Shown piece after piece: positions 56,293-64,000 of a stretch of DNA of 64,000 nucleotides (positions within the stretch are counted from its first letter, which is position 1; each line of letters starts with the position of its first letter). Position numbers and translations under genes: made by a program. The stretch lies in contig CAVWCF010000001.1 of the NCBI GenBank assembly GCA_963753435.1, positions 1,344,001-1,408,000 on the forward strand, read 5' to 3'. The DNA comes from an uncultured Actinomycetota bacterium (lineage in GTDB: Bacteria > Actinomycetota > Actinomycetes > CAVWCF01). The notes under the pieces are model-generated. The model searched no databases. It had not been told where the DNA came from and was given only the letters and a program-made list of their open reading frames with translations.

Positions 56293-57993
56293 GTGACGGA
56301 AACCAATGGTGGCCCGGGTGCCCTGCTGGACGCTCGCTACGAACTAGGGCCGGTCGTCGGCCGCGGCGGGATGGCCGAGGTTTACGAGGCGCTGGACACC
56401 CGGCTCGGCCGCCGCGTGGCCATCAAGGTGCTGCGTTCGGAGTTGGCGCGTGACCCGTCCTTCCACACCCGCTTCCGTCGCGAGGCGCAATCCGCGGCCT
56501 CGTTGAACCACCCGAACATCGTGGCCGTGTACGACAGCGGCGAAGGCGAACTGAACGGATCGGTCGCGCCCTACATCGTCATGGAGTACGTCGACGGCGC
56601 CACCCTGCGGGACCTGACCAAGTCCGGCAGCCGGCTGCGGCCGGAGCGGGCGCTGGAGATAACCGACGGCGTCCTGGCCGCGCTGGACTACAGCCACCGC
56701 CAAGGCATCGTCCACCGCGACATCAAGCCCGGAAACATCATGATCACCAAATCCGGTGATGTGAAGGTTGCCGACTTCGGCATCGCCCGAGCCCTTTCCG
56801 ACAGTGCCGCCACCATGACCGGCGGTGGGTCAGTGATGGGCACCGCGCAGTACCTGTCCCCGGAGCAGGCGCGCGGGGAGAAGGTGGACGGTCGCTCCGA
56901 CCTGTACTCCACCGGCTGCCTGCTCTACGAGATGCTGGCCGGTCGGCCGCCGTTCGTCGGGGAGTCGCCGGTGGCAGTCGCCTACCAGCACGTCCGGGAA
57001 ACCGTGCCGCCGCCGAGCAGCCTGAGCCCCGACGTGTCCACCGCGTGCGACACCGTTTGCATGCGGGCACTGCAGAAGGACGTCGAGGCCCGCTACCAGA
57101 CCGCTGCCGAGATGCGCAGCGACGTGGAGCGAGCGATGCGCGGCTTCCCGGTGGCCGGGCCGACGGCGGTGGCCGGAACCGGCGACACGACCCAGGTGAT
57201 GCCTATCGCCGCCGCGGACGAGCAGTCCGGTCGCACGCGCACCATCTTGATCACGCTGGGCGTCGTCCTCGCGCTGGCAGCTGTTGGCACCTTGGCCTTC
57301 CTGCTGCTGCGCGGTGGCGACCAGGTGCGCATCCCGGATCTGACGGGTCAGACGCTGGAGGAAGCACGGACCAGCCTGACTGATCGCGGTCTGACGCTTG
57401 GCGACGTCAGCAGCGAGGAGTCCGACCGGCCCGCCGACGAGGTGTTGTCACAAGACCCGGCCGCCGGAGAGACCGTCGAGGAAGGCGCGACGGTAAACGT
57501 GACCGTCTCGGCCGGACCCGGACAAACCGTGGTCCCGACCCTGGTCGGGTTGAGCAAGGAGGCCGCGACCGAACAGCTCATCCGAGCCGGCCTGGAGCTG
57601 GGCCGACTGACCACGGTCGACAGCGCGGCTCCGGTCGATCAGGTCGTGACCGCCAACCCGGCTGAGGGAACCGAAGTCGACAAGGGGTCGGCCGTCGACC
57701 TGGAGATAAGCAGCGGCCGGTTCACCGTGCCCAACGTGGTCGGCAAGACCGAGGCGGAGGCACGAACGGAATTGGAGCAGGCCGGCTTCACGGTGCAGTC
57801 GGTCCCGCAGGTGACCAGCGCCGTGCCCGCCGGAACTGTCGTGCAGCAATCGCCAACCGCCGGCGCGGTGGTACGCCAGGGCAGCACCGTGACCATCTCG
57901 GTGGCTACGGCCCCGCCAACTCCGACACCAACACCCACGCCGACCCCGACACCAACACCCACGCCGACCCCGACACCAACACCGACGCCCTAG
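56293..57993 (+). CDS. pknB: PASTA-domain Ser/Thr kinase (three PASTA domains, PT-repeat tail)
   Basis: GRGGMAEVY, HRDIKPGN, DFGIAR and GTAQYLSPEQ; TM; three PASTA repeats. Confidence 0.96.
   Translation: MTETNGGPGALLDARYELGPVVGRGGMAEVYEALDTRLGRRVAIKVLRSELARDPSFHTRFRREAQSAASLNHPNIVAVYDSGEGELNGSVAPYIVMEYVDGATLRDLTKSGSRLRPERALEITDGVLAALDYSHRQGIVHRDIKPGNIMITKSGDVKVADFGIARALSDSAATMTGGGSVMGTAQYLSPEQARGEKVDGRSDLYSTGCLLYEMLAGRPPFVGESPVAVAYQHVRETVPPPSSLSPDVSTACDTVCMRALQKDVEARYQTAAEMRSDVERAMRGFPVAGPTAVAGTGDTTQVMPIAAADEQSGRTRTILITLGVVLALAAVGTLAFLLLRGGDQVRIPDLTGQTLEEARTSLTDRGLTLGDVSSEESDRPADEVLSQDPAAGETVEEGATVNVTVSAGPGQTVVPTLVGLSKEAATEQLIRAGLELGRLTTVDSAAPVDQVVTANPAEGTEVDKGSAVDLEISSGRFTVPNVVGKTEAEARTELEQAGFTVQSVPQVTSAVPAGTVVQQSPTAGAVVRQGSTVTISVATAPPTPTPTPTPTPTPTPTPTPTPTPTP
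57922..57983 (+). repeat. 24-bp tandem repeat (about 2.6 copies) encoding (PT)n
   Basis: Unit CCGACACCAACACCCACGCCGACC. Confidence 0.85.
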
Positions 57994-58030
57994 GCGCAAG
58001 GGGTTAGTTCGCGACGGTCAGTCGGCGCGG

Positions 58031-58645
58031 TCAGTTCGCGACGACCGGCGCCAGACCCGCCGACCGCGCCACCGCGTCCGGGTCGCCACAGGTCGACAGC
58101 CAGTTGGCCAGCAGCCGGTGACCGCCTTCGGTCAGTACCGACTCCGGGTGGAACTGCACCCCTTCGACGGGCAGGTCCGGGTGCCGCAACGCCATCACCA
58201 CGCCGGAATCGGTGTGGGCATTGACCAGCAACGGCTCCGGGACGCTGGTTGTCGCCAGCGAGTGGTACCTGGTGGCCGTGAACGGGCTGGGCAACCCGGT
58301 CAGTACGCCGGTGCCGTCGTGAAACACCGGCGAGGTCTTGCCGTGCAGTAGTTCCGGCGCCTGGCCAACTGAACCGCCGAACGCCACCGCGATGGCCTGG
58401 TGCCCAAGACAGACGCCGAGGATCGGCACCCGGCCGGCCTGCTCGCGAACAAGGTCAACACACACGCCGGCGCGCTCCGGTGTTCCCGGACCGGGACTGA
58501 GCAACACCCCGTCGTAGCCAGCGGCATCCGCCGGGGCGACTTCGTCGTTACGCCGAACGTCGCACTCCGCACCCAACTGGGCCAAGTACTGCACCAGGTT
58601 GAACACGAACGAGTCGTAGTTGTCGACCACCAGGATCCGTGCCAT
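58031..58645 (-). CDS. trpG: Anthranilate / aminodeoxychorismate synthase component II
   Basis: VDNYDSF, SPGPG, GVCLGHQ, TRYHSL and QFHPES. Confidence 0.95.
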   Translation of the reverse strand: MARILVVDNYDSFVFNLVQYLAQLGAECDVRRNDEVAPADAAGYDGVLLSPGPGTPERAGVCVDLVREQAGRVPILGVCLGHQAIAVAFGGSVGQAPELLHGKTSPVFHDGTGVLTGLPSPFTATRYHSLATTSVPEPLLVNAHTDSGVVMALRHPDLPVEGVQFHPESVLTEGGHRLLANWLSTCGDPDAVARSAGLAPVVAN

Positions 58646-58646
58646 C

Positions 58647-58859
58647 TCAGCCTCCGGAGTCAACAGTGCCGGACTCAAGCGTGCCCGAGTCCAAGGTTCC
58701 GGACTCGTCCACCGTTACGTCGTTGAACGGCAGTTGCGGCTCGACCCAGGGGAAGACCCAGATGAACAAGGACAGCACGATCGCAGCCACCAAGGTCAGG
58801 CTGACCAGCAGTTTGACGAACACCGGTCCGGGCAGGTGCCGCCAGATCCATGCGTACAC
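58647..58859 (-). CDS. Small conserved actinobacterial membrane protein
   Basis: MYAWIWRHLPGP..LF.WVFPW; usual position between sortase and trpG. Confidence 0.82.
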   Translation of the reverse strand: MYAWIWRHLPGPVFVKLLVSLTLVAAIVLSLFIWVFPWVEPQLPFNDVTVDESGTLDSGTLESGTVDSGG

Positions 58860-59552
58860 CTACAGCACCGGCGAGCCGGCCAGCGCCTCCGGCGGTCCGG
58901 CTTCCTTCAGCCGTTCGGACTCCAAGGTGCTGTAGACGATGAGGCGCTCGGTGGAGGCCCAGCGGGGGTGACACGTGGTCATGGTGAGCAGCGCCTGGCT
59001 GGGAGCCACTCCCGGCTGCTTGGGCACCGGCAGGATCACTTCGGTCTGCGTGGGCTTGACGATCTCCTGGTCCGTAACCCGATAGGTGAACCACTTCTCC
59101 TCGGTCTCGATGACCACCAGATCACCGGCCTCAAGAAGGTCCAGGTTTCGGAACGGCTCACCGTTGGTGGCGCGGTGACCGGCGATCGAGAAGTTGCCGA
59201 CCTGCCCCGGCAGCACCGTCTCGGGGTAGTGACCGATCCCCTTCTTCAGGTCGCCTTCGTTGACGCCCTCAACAACGGGCTTGACCCAGTCGGCGCCGAG
59301 CTTGGGGATGTAGATGAATGCGAATCCCTCACCCAGCGGCGGCTTGACCGGTACCGGTTCGACCGGTTCCACCGGGACCGGCACGGGCTGGCTGGACCAG
59401 TTCTGCCGGACGTCGCCGCTGACTCCGCTGGCTGCGGCATTCGCCGTGACGTTCGTCCACACCAGTTGGTAGACGCAGAAGAGCAGCACGACAACGCCGG
59501 CGGTGATCAGCAACTCGCCGGTGCCCCGGATCCCGGCCCGGATGGCGTTCAT
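58860..59552 (-). CDS. Class E sortase
   Basis: GHYP..LPGQVGNFSIAGHR; TMTTCHP and RLIV. Confidence 0.92.
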   Translation of the reverse strand: MNAIRAGIRGTGELLITAGVVVLLFCVYQLVWTNVTANAAASGVSGDVRQNWSSQPVPVPVEPVEPVPVKPPLGEGFAFIYIPKLGADWVKPVVEGVNEGDLKKGIGHYPETVLPGQVGNFSIAGHRATNGEPFRNLDLLEAGDLVVIETEEKWFTYRVTDQEIVKPTQTEVILPVPKQPGVAPSQALLTMTTCHPRWASTERLIVYSTLESERLKEAGPPEALAGSPVL

Positions 59553-60289
59553 CCGGTCACCTGCGCATTCGGGAGCTGCAGCGGGCCTTCGTACGCGGGC
59601 AACTCCACCTCCGTGCGGGAGACCTGATAGCCGAGACCGACGATCCCAGCCCACTCACGGTAGACGGCCACCGCCGGATCGGTATCCAGGCCCTCCTGAA
59701 GTCGGGTCTGGTCGCCGATCGCGACGATCTCGTAGGGCGGGGAGTAGACGCGGCCGTGCAGGATCAGGGTGTTGCCGACGCAACGGACGGCGCTCGTCGC
59801 CACGATTCGCTGACCCATGATGCTCATGGCTTCGGCGCCGGAACCCCACAAGGAGTTCACCACCGCCTGTACGTCCTGTTGGTGCACGACCAGATCGTCG
59901 TAGGTGATACCCACCGGCAACGGCTGGCCGGGCTCCGGGGCCGGTGCGTCGTCCAAGGCGACGGCCACGGCGGGCCCGCGTACCGCGCTCAGCCCCGCCT
60001 GCGGGGCGACCGTGTCACCGGCGCTGCGCTCGGCCGCCAGTGCCGAGTCCGTCTCGGCAAGGCGCGCGGAGTCCGCTTCCAGTTGCTCGCGCTCCGCCGC
60101 CGCCTGGGCGTCCAAGGCGGCGACCTCATCGGCGCGCTGGCCCACCAGGGCGGTCAGGTCCGTGCGTCGATCGGCGCGCTCATCCGCGGGGATGGACTGC
60201 GCCGAAGCCGCGATCAGCAGCCCAAAGACCACGAACACGCCGACAACTGCCACCCTCGGCAGCACCCGGCGTCCCGGCTCGGACTTCAT
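59549..60289 (-). CDS. DUF881 family protein
   Basis: LVVHQQDVQAVVNSLW..GAEA and RCVGNTL. Confidence 0.92.
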   Translation of the reverse strand: MKSEPGRRVLPRVAVVGVFVVFGLLIAASAQSIPADERADRRTDLTALVGQRADEVAALDAQAAAEREQLEADSARLAETDSALAAERSAGDTVAPQAGLSAVRGPAVAVALDDAPAPEPGQPLPVGITYDDLVVHQQDVQAVVNSLWGSGAEAMSIMGQRIVATSAVRCVGNTLILHGRVYSPPYEIVAIGDQTRLQEGLDTDPAVAVYREWAGIVGLGYQVSRTEVELPAYEGPLQLPNAQVTG

Positions 60290-60373
60290 CGGCTCCTCCA
60301 CGACGTCTACGCTAGGCGGACGCGCGGGAAACTCGAACCGTTCCGCGCTGGCGCCGAAAGCTGGAGGAATGCC

Positions 60374-60628
60374 GTGCCCAAGTCCCGGGTCCGCAAGAAG
60401 GACAACTACAAGCCGCCGACGAACGCCGGTGGTCAGGCAGTCCGCAAGGAACCCGCGCGCTGGCCGCTGCCCACGATGCTGACTCTGTTCGGTATCGGAC
60501 TGGTGTGGATCATCGTGTTCTACCTGACCAGCGGGAGTTACCCGATCGAGGCGATCGGCAACTGGAACCTCATCGTGGGCTTCGTCTTCTTCGGCGGCGG
60601 CTTCGTCGCCGCCACCCAGTGGCGGTAG
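60374..60628 (+). CDS. crgA: Cell division protein CrgA
   Basis: VPKSRVRKK, GLVWIIVFY, GNWN and C-terminal TQWR. Confidence 0.93.
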   Translation: MPKSRVRKKDNYKPPTNAGGQAVRKEPARWPLPTMLTLFGIGLVWIIVFYLTSGSYPIEAIGNWNLIVGFVFFGGGFVAATQWR

Positions 60629-60652
60629 GCACCGACTTACACCGTTGGAATT

Positions 60653-60684
60653 CGATCCACATTGGGGACAACCCCTGTGGATAA
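60653..60684. promoter_or_regulatory. Cluster of DnaA boxes
   Basis: TGTGGATAA at 60676-60684 (perfect), TGGGGACAA at 60663-60671 and CGATCCACA at 60653-60661. Confidence 0.65.
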
Positions 60685-60690
60685 CTCCGC

Positions 60691-61833
60691 CTACAGCGCT
60701 TCGATGATGGTGGCGTTGGCCATGCCGCCGCCCTCGCACATCGTCTGCAGGCCGTAGCGCCCGCCGGTTTGGCGCAAGTGGTGCACGAGCGTGGTCAGCA
60801 GCCGCGCCCCCGAAGCCCCCAGTGGGTGCCCCAGCGCGATCGCCCCACCTAGTGGGTTGACCTTGCCCGGGTCCGCTCCCGTCTCGTCCAACCAGGCGCA
60901 GACCACGGCGGCGAACGCTTCGTTGACCTCAAACGCGTCGATGTCCCCCAAGGCGAGTCCGGAGCGGGCGAGCACGCGCTCGGTAGCCGGGATCGGACCG
61001 GTCAGCATGATCACCGGGTCCACGCCGGCCAGGGCGACGGTGTGCACCCGCGCCAACGGCGTCAGGCCCAGCTCGGCGGCGGTTTCGGAAGTGGTCATCA
61101 CGACCGCAGCGGCACCGTCGGAGATCTGCGAGGAGTTGCCGGCCGTGACGACACCGGATTCGGCGAAAGCCGGGGGCAGGGCTGCCAACCGTTCCGCCGA
61201 GGTGTCCCGCCGCACACCCTGATCGGTGCGAACGTCGCCGATCGGGACGATCTCGGCGTCGAAACGGCCGTCGTCGGCCGCCGCCGCAGCGCGCTGATGG
61301 CTCTGCAAGGCCCAGTCGTCGAGCCGTTGGCGGTCAAGGCCCCAGCGCTCGGCAATCATCTCGGCACTGATTCCCTGCGACACGAGCCCGTCGTCGTATC
61401 GGGACCGCATCCGCGGCCCGAAGGGGCCGTCACCGCCCAGGGCATTGGAGAACATCGGCACCCGCGACATCGACTCCACCCCACCGGCGATGACGACGTC
61501 GTAGTGGCCGGCGATCAGACCGGCCGCGGCGAACTGCACGGCCTGCTGGCTGGAGCCACACTGCCGATCCACCGTCGTGCCTGGCACGGACTCCGGCAGT
61601 CCGGCGGCGAGTGCGGCGTTGCGACCGACGTTGAACGACTGCTCGCCGACCTGCGACACGCACCCGAGGATCACATCGTCGATCCGGTTGGGGTCGACCC
61701 CGCTGCGCTTGAGGACCGCCTCCACCGCGGCGGCGGCCAGGTCGACGGGGTGCACCAGGCTCAGGTCACCCTTGCCCGGCTTGCCAATGCCGACTGGGGT
61801 CCGCACGGCGGCGGCGATCACCGCGTCACGCAT
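60691..61833 (-). CDS. Thiolase (acetyl-CoA C-acyltransferase)
   Basis: DRQCGSS, EVNEAFA, GHPLGASG and MCEGGG. Confidence 0.95.
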   Translation of the reverse strand: MRDAVIAAAVRTPVGIGKPGKGDLSLVHPVDLAAAAVEAVLKRSGVDPNRIDDVILGCVSQVGEQSFNVGRNAALAAGLPESVPGTTVDRQCGSSQQAVQFAAAGLIAGHYDVVIAGGVESMSRVPMFSNALGGDGPFGPRMRSRYDDGLVSQGISAEMIAERWGLDRQRLDDWALQSHQRAAAAADDGRFDAEIVPIGDVRTDQGVRRDTSAERLAALPPAFAESGVVTAGNSSQISDGAAAVVMTTSETAAELGLTPLARVHTVALAGVDPVIMLTGPIPATERVLARSGLALGDIDAFEVNEAFAAVVCAWLDETGADPGKVNPLGGAIALGHPLGASGARLLTTLVHHLRQTGGRYGLQTMCEGGGMANATIIEAL

Positions 61834-62767
61834 CGGAAAGCACCTGCACCTGCACTGGCCCCGTCGCCTGCGCCGACTGCCGATTCGACGGGTCGCTGAG
61901 ATCCCGCAACTCGGTGGTACGGGCAGCCACGAGCAAGGCGTCGATGGTCAAGACCACCAAACACACGACGACGAACGCGGCCTGCCGCAATCGCGGGGCG
62001 GAGAAGGCCAACACCGCCGCCACGAGCGCGCCCGCGATCAGCCCACCCAGGTGCGCGCGCCAGTCGATGTTGGGGATGACGAACCCAAGGACGAGGTTGA
62101 GCACCAACAACCCGAGGATCTCGTTGGTACGCCGGCCCAACCGATGGTTGATGACAAGTGCTGCGCCGAAGAGCCCGAAGATCGCTCCGGAGGCGCCGAC
62201 GCTGAGCGTTTGCGGGTCGTTGAACAGGTAGGACGCCACTGCGCCGGTTACGCCGCTGATGAGGAACAACGCCAGGAACCGCCAGCGCCCGATCGCGGAC
62301 TCCACGAAGGGCCCGATTACGAACAGCACGTAGGAGTTGAACAACAGGTGCAGCAGGCCGCCGTGCACGAACTGCGCGGTGAAGAGGCGGTAGTACTCCC
62401 CGTCCGCGACGCCGATCAAGGTCGGCCCGGACTCGGTCACGTCGATGGCCAGGCCCACGACACCCAGCGTCGTGCGCAGGTCCGGGCCGCCGACGGCGTT
62501 CAACAAGAAGCCGAGAACGGCGACACCGATGATGATCGCAACCAAGCTGTACGACACCAGGCCGGCCCGGGCGTCCACCTTGGCCCCCAGCACGGTGCGC
62601 ACCTCCCGGGTGCGAGCGGCGGCCGCGGCCACGCACTCCGGGCACTGAAACCCGACGGCGGCTTCGTTCATGCAGTCCGGGCAGATGGGCCGGTCGCACC
62701 GAGCGCACCGGATGTAGGTCTCCCGGTCGGCATGCCGGAAGCACACCGGCACCTGGGCCGGTGGCAC
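61826..62767 (-). CDS. Rhomboid protease with N-terminal B-box-like zinc finger
   Basis: C.RH...C.RC.RPIC..C..CPEC; HLLFN, GASG and AHLGG. Confidence 0.93.
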   Translation of the reverse strand: MPPAQVPVCFRHADRETYIRCARCDRPICPDCMNEAAVGFQCPECVAAAAARTREVRTVLGAKVDARAGLVSYSLVAIIIGVAVLGFLLNAVGGPDLRTTLGVVGLAIDVTESGPTLIGVADGEYYRLFTAQFVHGGLLHLLFNSYVLFVIGPFVESAIGRWRFLALFLISGVTGAVASYLFNDPQTLSVGASGAIFGLFGAALVINHRLGRRTNEILGLLVLNLVLGFVIPNIDWRAHLGGLIAGALVAAVLAFSAPRLRQAAFVVVCLVVLTIDALLVAARTTELRDLSDPSNRQSAQATGPVQVQVLSDA

Positions 62768-62791
62768 CGCGGCAGTGGGTTCGGTCAGGGC

Positions 62792-63322
<531 letters not shown>

Positions 63323-63455
63323 GTCGGTCCTTTCGTCGAGGTCGGGCTCGGTACCGGTCAGGTTCTTTCGCAGTCCGAATGCAATGCCATCTTCGCACTC
63401 GACGCCACTGGCCGGTCGTGCCAGGCTGGTTGGACCGGACCCGAGGAGGGGCGAG

Positions 63456-63665
63456 ATGAGTCAGGAAACAGTGGAGTCCGCCCAGGCGGCAGTAGCCGAT
63501 CTGAGCGAAGCACTGGAGGAGATCCAGGTCGAGGAGGAGGCCCACCGCCGCCGCGGTGGCGGGATCCTGAAGATGATCGGGCTGCTGGTCGTCCTGGGTG
63601 CGATCGGCGCCGCAGTCGCCGGCGTCATCCGCAGCCGCTCCACCGACGATTGGACGACGGCCTGA
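63456..63665 (+). CDS. Small single-TM protein divergent from ppiA (cwsA position)
   Basis: GAGGAGG RBS; acidic N-terminus, RRRGG, TM helix. Confidence 0.7.
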   Translation: MSQETVESAQAAVADLSEALEEIQVEEEAHRRRGGGILKMIGLLVVLGAIGAAVAGVIRSRSTDDWTTA

Positions 63666-64000
63666 CCCACGGCGCGACCCCGACCGAGCCCGATCCGGAC
63701 GGAGAAGTCGCCGAGTTCGGCGCCGGATACGACCCGGAGCGCCCCGATCCGACGCCGGTTCCGGCGTGGGCCGACGTGGCGAAGCGCCTCGAGTCGGCAC
63801 GCAACTACTGGGTGGTCACTCGGCGCCCGGACGGCCGCCCGCACGCCGCGCCGATCTGGGGTCTGTGGTGGCGGGGCACGTTGTGGTTCAGCACTGGGCC
63901 GAACACGGTTAAGGCGCGCAACCTGCTCGCCGAACCGTCCGCCGTCGTCCACTTGGAGTCCGGCGATGACGTCGTGGTCGTGGAGGGCGACATCGATCTC
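63650..64000 (+). CDS. Pyridoxamine 5'-phosphate oxidase-family protein, truncated by the window end
   Basis: W..V..RL..ARNYWV.T.RPDGRPH..PIWG.W, KARNL and VVHLESGDDVVVVEG; start uncertain. Confidence 0.85.
   Translation, partial: MDDGLTHGATPTEPDPDGEVAEFGAGYDPERPDPTPVPAWADVAKRLESARNYWVVTRRPDGRPHAAPIWGLWWRGTLWFSTGPNTVKARNLLAEPSAVVHLESGDDVVVVEGDIDL

Noticed and set aside
58647-58706. (E/D)SGT(L/V) repeats at the end of the small membrane protein
   Set aside because: A short low-complexity tail with no evidence of an independent function.
60326-60360. Sigma-28-like promoter before crgA (GCCGAAAG)
   Set aside because: The -35 element is a poor match.
60653-60684. oriC itself
   Set aside because: Only three boxes, no AT-rich unwinding element and no dnaA/dnaN. 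No parS palindrome was seen in the window either.

Overview
High-GC actinobacterial chromosomal segment, probably close to oriC: it carries the conserved tRNA-Leu(CAG)-fhaA-fhaB-pstP-rodA-pbpA-pknB / trpG-sortase E-DUF881-crgA / rhomboid-ppiA block at the right end and the pheA-serS block in the middle. It has four intact tRNAs: Arg-ACG, Ser-GCT, Ser-TGA and Leu-CAG. Two accessory stretches lie at about 4-21 kb and about 39-51 kb. No CRISPR array, integrase or transposase is visible. The most notable observations are: (1) an NfnAB-type electron-bifurcating transhydrogenase operon and a separate sqr-tusE-dsrE2 sulfur operon, each preceded by a DosR/DevR-like box, with the sulfur operon also carrying a perfect CsoR/CstR-type operator, which suggests a hypoxia-induced sulfur/redox module; (2) an unannotated three-hairpin small RNA candidate with a C-rich loop and its own promoter at 33.6 kb; (3) an integrase-less 3.6-kb ABC-exporter islet bounded by a 58-bp duplication of tRNA-Ser(TGA); (4) a sigma-28/WhiG-like promoter ahead of a CAP-domain surface protein; (5) a frameshifted Fpg/Nei glycosylase; (6) a SET-domain methyltransferase coupled to the serS operon; (7) DnaA boxes behind crgA. 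All protein calls come from motif recognition by eye, not from database searches.
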